Assembly (NCBI GenBank): GCA_028534125.1
Contig: CM052817.1
Location: 18,044,001-18,108,000 of the forward strand
Source of the DNA: Lama glama
Taxonomy: Eukaryota
Direction: 5' to 3'
DNA: 64,000 bases
The position numbers and the translations under genes are program-made. Below the pieces are notes generated by a model. That model worked only from the letters and a program-made list of their open reading frames with translations. It did no database searches and was not told where the DNA came from. This document shows positions 39,996-51,734 of this stretch, one piece after another (within the stretch, counting starts at the first letter, position 1; the number at the start of each line of letters is the position of its first letter).

Positions 39996-42719
39996 GATAC
40001 ATGTTCTCAATTGTTGATACTGGTTGCCTGGGATACCAACGGTGCATCGGGGGTGCTACAGAACAACCAAAACAGAAAAGAAGGAAAATGAAGAAAATAA
40101 ATCATAAGATTTATCTGTTAAAGTAAATTTATCTTTTATCAGCAGATTTCAGTGCACCCGACCGATAGCTGTTGCATGGAAGATTTCTCCCTGTTTTCAA
40201 AATGGAGACATGCAGGCTCAGAGAGGATTACTTCCCGAGCCAGGGCCCCACAGCAAGGCAATTACTGAACCATAAATACCACCCAAGCCTCCAGACTTTC
40301 CCATGGCTTGAATGGGATCCATTCCCAGATAAATATAACCAAGTTATTAGCATGAAATGGATGAAGGCAAACATACAAATGACAAAGGCTGGGCTTCACA
40401 GCCTGAGAGTTTAGAACTGGCCCTGTGACTTATCCAGTTACCCAGAATTATGCAGTGCGACTTTGCCAGGTGGAGGTGAAGGTGGCTGCCTCTCTGCATT
40501 TCCGAAAGAAACAGAACAAATGAGGTTGTGGCTGGAGCCGCGTGAACCAGCTCCATTGTCCCGCTCCCAGTTGTCTCCAGCCCATTTGTGGCAAACAGGG
40601 CATTTGGAGGGATTAACAGGGAGTAGGAGTGGGTGAGCAGATGCAACAGATTAGAGAGGAAATCTGTTCCTGGGTGGCTCTTGGCAAGCTGGTGGGTTTC
40701 TGGCAGAACAGTGGAGAGAGAGGATGCTTGGGGAAAGGAGGAGAGGAAAAGGTCTCTTTTTCCTTTTTTGATTTTGCAAGTCCTTCTGGACAGAAAATTT
40801 TACCGCTTGCATATCTTCAGTAAACTGCTGCTATATTATAAATAAAGGGAAGGAGGGAGGTGAGTTAGGAAGTGGAATTTTCTGGAATTCAGTGGATTCA
40901 AATGAATTCAGATGGAATTCAATGGGACCTACTCTTTCAGTGGACGTGTCTCTGAGGGCCCAGAGATCTAACTCCTTTTTTGAAAATGCATTTTTCTATG
41001 TTATTATAAAGTTTACAACTTGTGATCTCTAACAGCAATCGTGGGCATTTACCCTGGCCTCTGAGAGTCCATCTGGGGTGGGACTCTCTCCCCAGTCTTT
41101 CACCTGCGGGGAGCTGGCGGACCTCAGCTAAATCAGAGCAACCTGAAAGAGCAAAGAAGCAATCTATTCCACTGCCTGGGGCTGGGGCTCTGATCGGCCA
41201 CAATGACCAGGCAGGATTGAGGCCAGCTTTGGCTGAGCAGCTGCAAAAGAGGTCAGCCCAGGCGTGGGGGCCCCTTGTCCCCTTCCTCGACCACAAACAG
41301 CCCCACTTTGCTAGCACCGCACTAGTAAATGGAGCTCTTAAATAAACGGGAAGTGGCGGACACAGTCCAGAGGGCAAGATTTATTTTTATTTAGAAAGGT
41401 TGAAGAGGAAAAATTTAAACCTAATTTAAATATTTACTCAGAGAGGAGCTCAGCTAAACCGCTGAAACTTTCTAACCTTGACTCAGGACGGGAAGCTGAA
41501 GATTGCTTTTCCGAAGTCAGCCACAGGCAACAGAGAAACACCCCCGACTGAAAGAAAGAAAGAGGGTGTGAAAATCCAGGAGATGCATGCAGTCAGTTTA
41601 CAGTTTGAGATCGCGTGGTCCAGCTCCTCATCCCACAGACGCTTGATTGGACTTGCTGTGCGACTCCGGGCGAATTGCTTAGCTGTTCTCAGCCCTGGTG
41701 CTTTCATCTGTTACAGATGGAGGGGAAAGTAGCTGTCTCATAGACCTCTTATGAGATTAAAAAAGCGAGAATGTAAAGTCCTGGCACACAGGAGGGGCTT
41801 AATAAAAGTAAGCTATGAGGACTTAACTCCACACGAAGCCTAGGAAAGAAACTACAGGTTCCTGGACTCTCTTAGATGAAGACTCAGTGAGTCTGAGAAA
41901 AGGCCCAGGGCTCTGTATCTTGAACATGCTCTCCAGGATTTTCTACTGGGCAACCAGGTTCGGAAACCAGGGTCTCATGACCTCAGGCAGAAGTGGCCCT
42001 ACCGTGGATGCCAGCAGGATTCTCACCCCGCAGTCCTCATGCAGATTTAGTATCACGGCTTCAGAGACCCATGGATGCCTAGCAGATGTACTGAACTGAG
42101 TACTTCCTCATCTCACTACTCCAGCCCTGCCCCCTCCCCTTCCTGCAGCCTCAGTCACAGTCGCTCTGGATGCAAGCTTGTGCTGTCCCCTCCCCCCCAT
42201 ATCCCAAGACTTGCTACACCGTTTCTTTCCTCCAGACCTCTGTCTCCCAGCTTCCCCTCTTGCAACACTGTGGACGCCCATGCACAGGCAGAGAGGCCTT
42301 AACAAAGACTAAATCAGGCCCCCGGGGCCTCCTGCTCCTCCATCTCTCACCTCCCTGGGCTGCCTCGCACTAGGTTTCAGCCCCAGCCTCCCTCCCTCCC
42401 ACCTGCACACACGCGAACACTCCAATCCTGGGCCTGACTCTGGGCCTTGGTGCTGGCTCTCAGCAGAGCCTGGAACACCTGTGCTCTCCCCCTTCACCCC
42501 CAGCCTTCCCGCAGCTGCTGCTCATCCAGGTCTCTGCTTACAGGCTGTCTCTGCAGAGAGGTAAGCTCTGACTGCCACAGCCAAAGGGACCAACTCTGTG
42601 ACATTTGGCAGGCTGCTCAGCTTTTCCAGAACTCAGTTTCCTCACCTGCAAAATGGGGATAATAATAGTAATTCTTAGGGTTGCTAGGAAGATCATATGA
42701 GTTTCAATGTAAAATTTTA

Positions 42720-43406
42720 AAATTTTTTCATTAAAAATGTTTTTCCTGTTTTATTAAGAGATAATTGACATAGAACGTGGTGTTCATTTAAGGTGTACGA
42801 TATAATGATTTGATATATTGATGTATATATATATACGATATAATGATGTATATATTGCAAAATGTGTACCACAATAGGTTAACATCCATCACTGCACATA
42901 GTCACACATTTTTTTTCTTGTGATAAGAGCTTTTACAATGTGCTGTCTTAGCAACTTTCAAGTATACAGTACGGTATTGTTAACTATAGTCCCCACGCTG
43001 TACGTTACATCCCCAGAACCTCTTTCTCTTATAACTGGAATTTTGTACCTTTGGACCACCTCCACTCATTTCCTCCACCCTCTACCCACCATTTCTGGCA
43101 ACCACCAATCTGTTCTCTGTATTTAAGAATTCAGATTTTTAGATTCCACATACAAGTAAGATCATACAGTGTTTCTCTTTCTCTGATTTATTTCACTTAG
43201 TGTAATGCCCTCAAGTTCTGTCCATGGCATTGAAAATGGTAAGATTTCCTTCTCTTTTATGGCTCAATAATATATATGTAATATATTATACTTCATGGTT
43301 TTATATACTTATATATTATATTATATATAAAATATATTTTTTTCTGAATATTTTATGCCTCAGTAATATAATATATATCATACATTTTCTCTTTGCATCC
43401 ATCTAT
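42720..43406 (-). mobile_element. L1MA-like 3' end inserted into a MIR (MIR halves at ~42560-42715 and ~43410-43480)
   Basis: 'cttagcaactttcaagtatacagtac' and 'tagattccacatacaagtaagatcatacagt'. The MIR core and tail lie on either side. Confidence 0.85.
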
Positions 43407-43601
43407 GGAAAATGTACATTGTTTAAACGAGTGCCAGGCACTTAGTAAGTGCTCAACAAATGTAAGGTGTTAGCTCATATTTGTCTCGTGGAATTACAGT
43501 AATTTACTTCGGCACCTTCCATGGAGTGTGAGATTGCGGGGAGCCTTACTCATCTTACTATTCAGGCCAACTGGCAGGGTGTCTGGCATAAAGAAGACAC
43601 C

Positions 43602-44039
43602 TCTACTGAGATGAATAACGTACCCCAAAATTCATGTCCACACAGAGCCTCAGAATGTGACCTTATTTGGAAATAGAATCTGCAGATGCAGTTAGTCTAG
43701 GTGAGGTCATACTGGATTAGGGCAAACCTAAATCCAAGGGCTGGTGTCCTTCTAAGAGGCCACATGAAGATACGTACGGACACAGACACAGACACAGAGG
43801 GAGGAGAACCATGGGATGGCAGAGGCAGAGACTGGACAGATGTGAGGAATGCCAAAGGGTGTCGGAAAGAGCCAGAAGCCGGCATGAGGCCAGGATCACC
43901 CCCCGGAGCCTTCAGAGGGAGCCTGGCCCTGCTGGTGCCTGGACTTCAGACTTCTGTCCTCAGAACTGTGAGGGAAATTTCTGTTGTTGTAAGCTACCCA
44001 ATTGGCTTCTTGTGATGGCAGCCCTAGGAAACTAAAACA
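43602..44039 (+). mobile_element. MLT1B/C-like LTR
   Basis: 'cctcagaatgtgaccttatttggaaatag' through 'gcagccctaggaaactaaaaca'. Confidence 0.85.
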
Positions 44040-45146
44040 TCAGCCAGAAACTGCTGACTGAGAGAGAGAGGAATTCAAAGTCACCCTGTTCCGAGTCCCC
44101 CATACACTGACTCCCACGTGGGAGCAAAGGCTTCTCTTCTCTTTTCCCTGTAACATTCCAGGGAGCTCTTCAGGGCGCTGGCAGACAGGGTCCCCTCGGG
44201 AGATACAGCCGGGAGCCAGAGTCCTTCCCACTCTGGACGTAGAAGTGGGGAGACCAGGAACCACCCTGCCTCAGCCAAGGTCAGCCCAACGTAAACCAAG
44301 CCACTATTTGCCATCAAGACAGTGATGTCTGTCCAAGGAAGGAGGAGGGTCTTCCACAACAAAAGTGGCTGAAATCCATCCATTGGTCCCGCATCACTGA
44401 GCGAGTGCCCCCGAGTGCCAGGTACTGAGTGAGCGTGACTCTGAGCTCCTGCCACCACTGCTCTGCCCTCTCCTGGGAAACCTCTCATTTCCTCTCCCGA
44501 GTCTTTGCTATTTATATATACTGAGCTGCCTCATTTTCCCAAGGGGCTCATTTGGCAAAGATAAAAATGGCTTGGCAAAACCAAGACCAAAATACGTTTC
44601 TGATGAGAACCGCCCACCCTTCAATGTGCCACTTGCTGGGGGAGTTTATTCTCTCCCATCCACGGGGCACGTTATCATTTCATCCAGGACACAAGAGCAT
44701 GCAGCCCCCGTGAGTTTCTCGTTCTGAATCTTGGATTCTTGGCCTTTTAAGATCAACCCCTGAATTCTCTAGGCCAGGTCCTAAGTTGAGACCTGTTTAC
44801 AGAATGTATCAGGTTGCTAGAACAATGGAGACTAATAAAAATAATCACAGCTGTTTCCACTGAGTGTTTACTCTGCACCAGACACGATGAGTTTTATTTA
44901 ATGTTCATTACACTCCCTAAGGACTATTATTAACCCAACTTTGGTGATGGGGAAACTGAGGCACGGGGAGGTTGAATAATTTATCCAAAGTTACATAGTG
45001 AACAAGGGACAAGTGACAAGCCAGACGGTGATGATGGCAGTCTGGCCCCAGAGCCCAGGCTCCAGCTACTGTTGATAGCACGGCTGAAGGACACATCTTT
45101 GCAAAAAGTATAGCATGCTATCATTAAGGACCCAAAAACGATTCCT

Positions 45147-45238
45147 GGAGTGGAGGGTATAAAGCACATGCTTAGCATGCACGGGGTCCTGGGTTCAATC
45201 CCCAGTACCTCCTCTAAAAATAAATAAACCTAATTACC
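45147..45238 (+). mobile_element. Vic-1-like SINE with A-box deletion
   Basis: B box ggttcaatcc present, 'gctcagtggta' absent. 15-bp TSD ccaaaaa(c/t)gattcct (45132-45146, 45237-45251). Confidence 0.88.
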
Positions 45239-45587
45239 AAAAATGATTCCTTTGAGATCTTACCCTGTGTGTTGTGTTCCTAAAAATAACTAATATCAAT
45301 TTTCTGAGCAGCAATAATCCACTGGAAACCTTTATTGAAGCATAGAAGAATGTGGAATTTGGAGTCAGTTAGACATAGATTCCATTCCCGGCTCCGCCTT
45401 CACTAGAGATGTAACCTTGAGCAAGCTACTCAGCCTCTCTGGACCCTGGTTTCTCCATCTGTAAAGTGATGGCATTTACAAGCTGCCTGGTGCATAGGAG
45501 GCACTCAGCATTTTAGTTCTGTCAGTTCCCTCTGCCTAAGTAGGTTTTACATGAAATTCCACAGCTAAGGAGACACGATACACCCAC

Positions 45588-45929
45588 TGTCTTAGCCCAT
45601 TCTGGCCGCTAAAAGAATACATAGACGGAGTGGCTTCCTAACAACAGAAATTTATTTCTCACAGTTCTGGAGACTGGGAAGTTCCAGATCATGGTGCGGT
45701 AGGTTGGGTGTCTGGTGAGAGCCTGCTTCCGGGTTCGTAGACAGCAATCCTCTCACTGTGTCCTCACAGGGTAGAAGGGACAACTCCAGTCTCTTCAGAC
45801 CCTTGTAAGGGCACCAATCCGCGTCCTAACGGTTCTGCCATCATGACGAAGTAACCTCCCCAAAGCCCCACCTCCTAATATCATCCCCTTGGAGGTTAGG
45901 TGGGGATGCAAACTTTCCATCTATAGAAC
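45588..45929 (-). mobile_element. MLT1A-like LTR
   Basis: 'aacaacagaaatttatttctcacagttctggagactgggaag'. Confidence 0.85.
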
Positions 45930-46849
45930 TACCTTAGGTCACATCTAATTTGAGTGAGATCATTATTGAACTAAGATACAAGTAGCTAAAACAAACCTCC
46001 AGGAGTCAAGAAGTTTGGTTACTGATTCCAAGCACTAAACAATTACAAAGATGTTTGGTAAACACTCAGAATGTGGTCATTGCTGAGCACCAATAGCCTT
46101 ATTTCCTGGGAAGACAAAATGTACTGGAGCAAATGCTGGACTTTGAAACAAAAGAGAAAATCTGGACTCCTGGCTCAGTAGGGAGTATGGACACCTGCTC
46201 TGCCCAGCACACCCAGTTGAGGCAAAAGGAGCCTCGGGTCAATGTAAAGTGATCGTAACTATAAGGAGCTCACAAATACAAGACGCTGTTGGGTAAAGCC
46301 GTGTCTGTCATGACATGGTGAGTTTTCCAGCAGCATAGACACCAGTCTGAGCAGTGTAGGTGACACACCACGTCCTGGTGGGAGACACGTGTGCTAAATG
46401 TTCTTCTTTTGCCCAGAACCCTGGCTGTGCCTGCCACTCTTCTCCCAGCTCTGTGCCCCCAGAAAACTTTTTTATTGCATCACTGGGGTTTCCTTGTGCC
46501 CTGGCTGGACACAAATGAGCGGACACAGGGCTTCTGCTTTCAGCTTCCTGTCTAGCTGTTCCTGGGCAGGGCTGCAGTTTTCTACCTAAGACCACACTCC
46601 TCTCGGGCAACCACTTACCCTGCTCTCCCAGTCTCCCATGGAGAAGGTTCTTGGGTAAAGAAGGACAGTTTAGGGGAGTGGGAAGTTGGGCCAACGATGG
46701 GAAGAAGGGGGTACAGGAAGCACTGATGAGCTGCTCGGCTCAGACCTCCAGAAAACAGTGTCCACGGGCCTCAGAGTTGTCCTGCCCGAAGGTTGGGGAG
46801 GCTGGGTCCCCCTGAGGTTCCCAGAGTGCTGACACGCTGCCCACCCACA

Positions 46850-47363
46850 CTTCCGCCCATCATCCCTCCATCCATTCTCTTCACGTACCCCATGGGTGTG
46901 CCTTCTCTTCCCTGCCTGACTCCAAAACTCACTATGTTTTTCCAAATCGTTCTGTCTGAATAACCAGAGGGTGAGATGTTTGGGCCGGCCCGACCCCTCC
47001 CATCCTCGATCTGATGGCTGCTTCTCCGCCGTTCTGCCTGGGGGCTTCCTGAGGTGCAGGGTCCTGCAGGTGCTCACAAGCAGGGCCACAGTGTCACAGC
47101 CCTTGGGAGCAGCCTCAAGCAGTGACTGGGGGAGGCAGCGGAAAGTCCCCCAGAGTCCTCGCCCTTCGATTTCTTCCAGGGGTCTGAGCCAGGCAGCTCA
47201 GGGCAGGACTGCACGTCAGAGCTCCCTGGGCTGGCCGCCTTCCCTTTCCCAGCCCACTTTCCCAGCTTCCTAACAGGCCTTCTCGGCATCACCTCCCAGT
47301 GAACCTGTCAGCACTTGAACCTTTGGCTCAGAATCTGCTTCTGTGAGAACTCAGCCTAGGACA
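46850..47363 (+). mobile_element. ERVL LTR (LTR16/LTR33-like)
   Basis: 3' end 'ctcagaatctgcttctgtgagaactcagcctaggaca' is typical of this group. The 5' limit is uncertain. Confidence 0.55.
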
Positions 47364-48894
47364 CCAGGTAATCAGATGCTGACCTCTTAAGTGTGTTGAG
47401 TGCCTCGTCTATCCAGGTCACTCACCCGCTACCATGGTTAAACTGTCTAAATTCCATAGCGAGGTTGATAACATCCTCCAAGAGTTGGCCACTGCTGACT
47501 GCCCACCTTTGCCTTTCCCCAGTGCTCTCTCCACCACACCCTCCTGCCCGACTCCCGCATACCAGCTGTGCTCAGTTATGTGCAGTTCTTGGAATATATT
47601 CCAATCTCAAGCCTCTGGCCCTGTGCCATGCTAGTCTCTCTGCCAGGAACATCCCCACCATTCATTAGTCTACCTCCCACTTGGCTTCCAGGTTGAAGCC
47701 TTCTCTGACCACCCTCCCCAAGCACACACCCGAGCTGGGTGACATGACCCTCTTCTGCGCTCCCAAACCACTCTGTTCTGATATTGTCTGCTCTCTCCCG
47801 CTAGACTGTAAGCTCCGGGATGCAGGAACTCTGACATCTCTTCAGATTCCCAAGCCTAGCACCATACCTATGCAGAGTAGGTTTTGGGAAAAAATACTTG
47901 ATGAATTACTAGGGGAAGAAAGAGTAGTAAATGAAAAAGCTTTTAATTTTGGAAAGGGAGTAAGACAATTTCTCTAATACAAGGTGGAATACGGTGAGAA
48001 TCATGAGGAAATCGAAACCACTTTGTGGGCGGCCAGTGTGGACACAAGGCAACAATGACTTCCTTGTAAAAGAGGTGAACTTGGGCTTTGAAAGTTGTCA
48101 AGGACGGAGACAGCAGGGCAGTGGAATCGGAGAGGAGGCGGTGCAGACAACCCTGAGCACGGATGTCCTGAGGAATGAGCCAGGCCAGCAGCGTGCAGGG
48201 CACCCAGGAGAGCTTTTGCGGGGGGCAGTGAGGAAGGCAAGGATGGGGGTGCTTCCTCTGACCACGTAGACACCGTCCCAGTACGGGTGACTTTGCTTAT
48301 TGTCTCGTCTGCTGACCCTCCCCCAGCACTGCCATCTTTCCTTCCTTCCTCGGCTTCCTCTGTTAGTGGGTGAGGCTTCCTGTTAAGTGTTCTGAGAACT
48401 GTGGTTTTCAGAGCTTCAGAGGAATGCCTGCCAGCAAAATTACCACTGAAGAGCCCCACTGAATTCCAAGAAACGGCTCCTCACTGCGCTAACCTGGGCA
48501 CTCCAGGGGGCACCAGCCTCCCGGGGGATACGCCGTCCTCCTCACTTTTGGGGCCCGTCCTTGACAGAGCGTGCAAGGCCAGTCAGGAAGGTCCTGTGCC
48601 GCTCCGCTTTCTGTCAGCAAAGCCAGGCTGTAACGGCCAGGCTGCTTGCTATTTAAGGCAATCCTGCGCTGAATCATTTCCAGGACAGAGACCCCCTTCC
48701 AAAGTGAATCACCATTCTTTTGTTTTTTAATTAACAATTTGAAATTTTTATATAAGGCAAATTTCCATTTTTCTGGAATCCACACATATGTATATATTTA
48801 TGTATATATATTATATATTTATATATATACATATGTGTGTGTGTGTGTATCTATCTGTATACATAGGACTATGCAGTAAAGGAAGACTAGACAA

Positions 48895-49320
48895 AGTCAA
48901 TCAATGTTCATGGCCACCCATGTGGACGGCCTCATTCCGGCTGACCCTCCGGATGGCCAGTGTTGGGGACTGGCTGGAGAACAAGAGGAGGAGGAGGTTG
49001 GGGTGTCTCCTCCCCACTTCCGCCCACTTCAGTGCCCCCCGCTGGCATTGCCTGCCTCCCTCCCCAGGTCAGCCCCTGCAAGGCAGCCCAACTCTCCTCA
49101 CAGCTTCCACACTCGGAGAGCTGGGGGCACGGCACCCTCCCCTTCCTCCTTCAGCTCACAGGGGAGTATCCTCTCCCGACTCTTGCAGGAGGTGGACGCA
49201 CCCTACTCCCTGTATTTTCCCGGCCCCCTGCCCACAACTCATACCCAGCCCGTTTATTAGAGTCTCTCAATTTGAACCATCTGGAGGGAGTGCTGCTTCC
49301 TGCTGCACCCCGACCAATAC
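48895..49320 (+). mobile_element. ERVL LTR (LTR41/LTR33-like)
   Basis: 3' end 'tttattagagtctctcaatttgaaccatctgg...cttcctgctgcaccccgaccaatac'. Confidence 0.55.
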
Positions 49321-49619
49321 GTTGACAAATCAGAGTCCCTGTGGTGCCCTGTGAAAGGCACTGGTCTTAAATCAAGAGGCTGAAGTGCAAGGATTGGCTG
49401 ACTTTGGGCAAGTCACTTCACTTTTCAGGGTCTTGGTTTTCTATCTGTAGAAAAAGACTGAGAATGCCTATTTCAGAGTGTGCCATGATGATTAAAAAAA
49501 AAAAGTTAAAATGACCAGGAAACACTAAAGGAATGCAAAGAGTTCAAGAATTCTTAGAAAACTGGAATATTCGGTTACTCTGAATATCCCATCAACTCTT
49601 CTGGATAAGAATATTTGCT

Positions 49620-49993
49620 TTGTTCTTAGTCAGTTCAGGCCAATGTAACAAAAACAACGTGGGTGGCTTAAATGACAAACATTTATTTCTCACTGTTCCT
49701 AGGGCTGGAAGTCTGAGATCAAGTCTCTTGGCAGATCCCGTGTCTGGTGAGAGGACCCTTCCTGGTTTGTAGAAGGAGATGGCCCTCTTCTTGTAACCTC
49801 ACCTGGTGGAGAGAGCGATCCCATGTCTCCTCCTCTTTTTTATAAAGATGTTGATCCCATCATGAGGGCCCCACCCCAATGACCTCATCCAACTCTAAGT
49901 TCCTTCCAAGGGCCCCATCACCTACTACCATCTCATTGGGGCTAGGTTTCAACATATGAATTTTGGGGGCACACAAATATCTGGTTCATGACA
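49620..49993 (-). mobile_element. MLT1A0-like LTR
   Basis: 'atttatttctcactgttc...ggaagtctgagatcaag' and 'tttcaacatatgaattttggggg'. Confidence 0.85.
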
Positions 49994-50259
49994 CTTTGTC
50001 TAAAGCAAAGTACACCTACACCCTGTGCTGAGACCAGAGGCGACTAGAAAAACGAAAGCCCCCGGCCTCTCTCCTTCCTATGTGTCCATGTTCTTTATGC
50101 CTAAGATTAAGTTTTTTAAAAAAAAAATACAGTTTAAATTTACAGTAGGTCCTTGCTGTTTATCTATTTCATATATAGTAGCATGTATCTATTAACCCCA
50201 AACTTCTAATTTATCCCTTCCTCTTTGGTAACCCATAAGCTGAGCTTGTTTTAATCATC

Positions 50260-51190
50260 CACCTTCAGTGAGTGTCTTAGGCAGAAGCTTCTGTGCTTGA
50301 GTCTTACAAGGACCAGTCTGCTTTTTCTTTTCCATCTTCTGTCATTCTATAATCAACTGGGCTTTATTTTTATATTCTTCCAAATCTTTCACATTCTGTC
50401 CAGTGTTTGGGGCTGTTTTAACTCCTTTAAATCGCACGCTTCCCTAGAGTGTAAAGTAATACTTTTTAGTAAGAACTCTATCACTTACTAAATTCTCTTT
50501 ACCACCTCACCCCAATGCTATCTCAGGCAGGACTCTCCTACAGATGGTTTTTATCAATGAGAAATTGTTGTCTTGACTTTAGAAAAATCTAGATCAATTT
50601 TTGTGTGTGTGGCCAAAATTCACCAGAAAGTATTTCACTCTCTACTTTGCTTTAATCATATAGACTTGGCCTAAAAATCTGATCTTTTCCTGGAGTGGGT
50701 CATTCCAGCACTACATGGGTGTTCCCCATACAAGGGAACAATCAACAAGATAAAGTTACTTTGAGCTCTTAATTGGTTTGCCAGAACTTCCTCTTCCTAT
50801 CACAAAACAGCCTTTTGAGCCTCACATTTAATATAATCCTGCCCAGCGCTTTAGTGAACAAGAAACATTCTGGAAATAAAAGCAATTTCACATGTAAATG
50901 ACTAATTGATACTTTTAATCTTCCAATAACCCTTAGTATTTTAATCTTCCAATAACCCTTAGTATTTGTCTTTACGAAATCTAGTGCCAAAACACCTTTG
51001 AATGTTGTTCGAATTCTTTTGATCCCTGGAGTTTTATTGTACCAAATATTTGCTAGAAATAAACAGGACCTTCTTACAGGACTTGGCAATACTTTGATAT
51101 GCAAAGATTTTTGATCCTGCTAAGTATGGTAATTGTGTTTAATAACTGTGACTTGGTATAATTTTCCTTCTTGATAATTTATAGTCATAC
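50260..51190 (-). mobile_element. Possible very old non-L1 LINE (RTE/L4-like) reverse-transcriptase remnant
   Basis: Degenerate RT-like motifs in the expected order on the minus strand (ITILS..KIFA, VLALDFVK, VR..GC, KTK-like, F..LGS), recovered only with frame changes. Confidence 0.3.
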
Positions 51191-51425
51191 TTAAAAACAA
51201 ACAAATAAAAAACCAGAATTAATCTCTTTTAGGTAAGACATGGCATGACACCTCTATAGCGTGTGTGGCAACCCAAATGGGGAAGCCCTACACATTCCTA
51301 GGTTCTAGAACCGGAGTGCGTGGGACTTGCTGTACCCCCATCCCTCAGGCTTGCTGTACCCTTCAAGGCCTACAGAGCAGATGAACGTTGCCTCTGTGTG
51401 AGAGCCCTCCCCACAGGCAATTTAT

Positions 51426-51651
51426 CAAGGGTCAGCAGACTCTTTCTGTAAGGGCCAGGTAGTAAATATGTTAGGCTTTGAGAATCACATGGTCTCTGCT
51501 CCATCTTCTCAGTTCTGCCATTACAGTGAGAAAGTTGTCAGAGGCAAATAGGCAAGCAAAAGGACATGGCGGTGTTGCAATAAAACTTTATTTACAAAAA
51601 AAAGTGTTGGGCTAGATTTGACCCTGAGGGCTTTTAGCTTGCCATCCCCTG
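51426..51651 (+). mobile_element. MER58A hAT MITE
   Basis: TIRs caagggtcagca...tgccatcccctg and internal 'aataaaactttatttacaaaa'. Confidence 0.88.
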
Positions 51652-51734
51652 CTTTATTTCATTACAGAGCAATTGCTATATTGTATTGTAATTATCTCAA
51701 ACTTGTCTCTCTCCTCCTTAAACTCATGCACTTC

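Noticed and set aside
48788..49354. 188-aa ORF
   Set aside because: Starts in a (TA/TG)n low-complexity tract and runs through an ERVL LTR.
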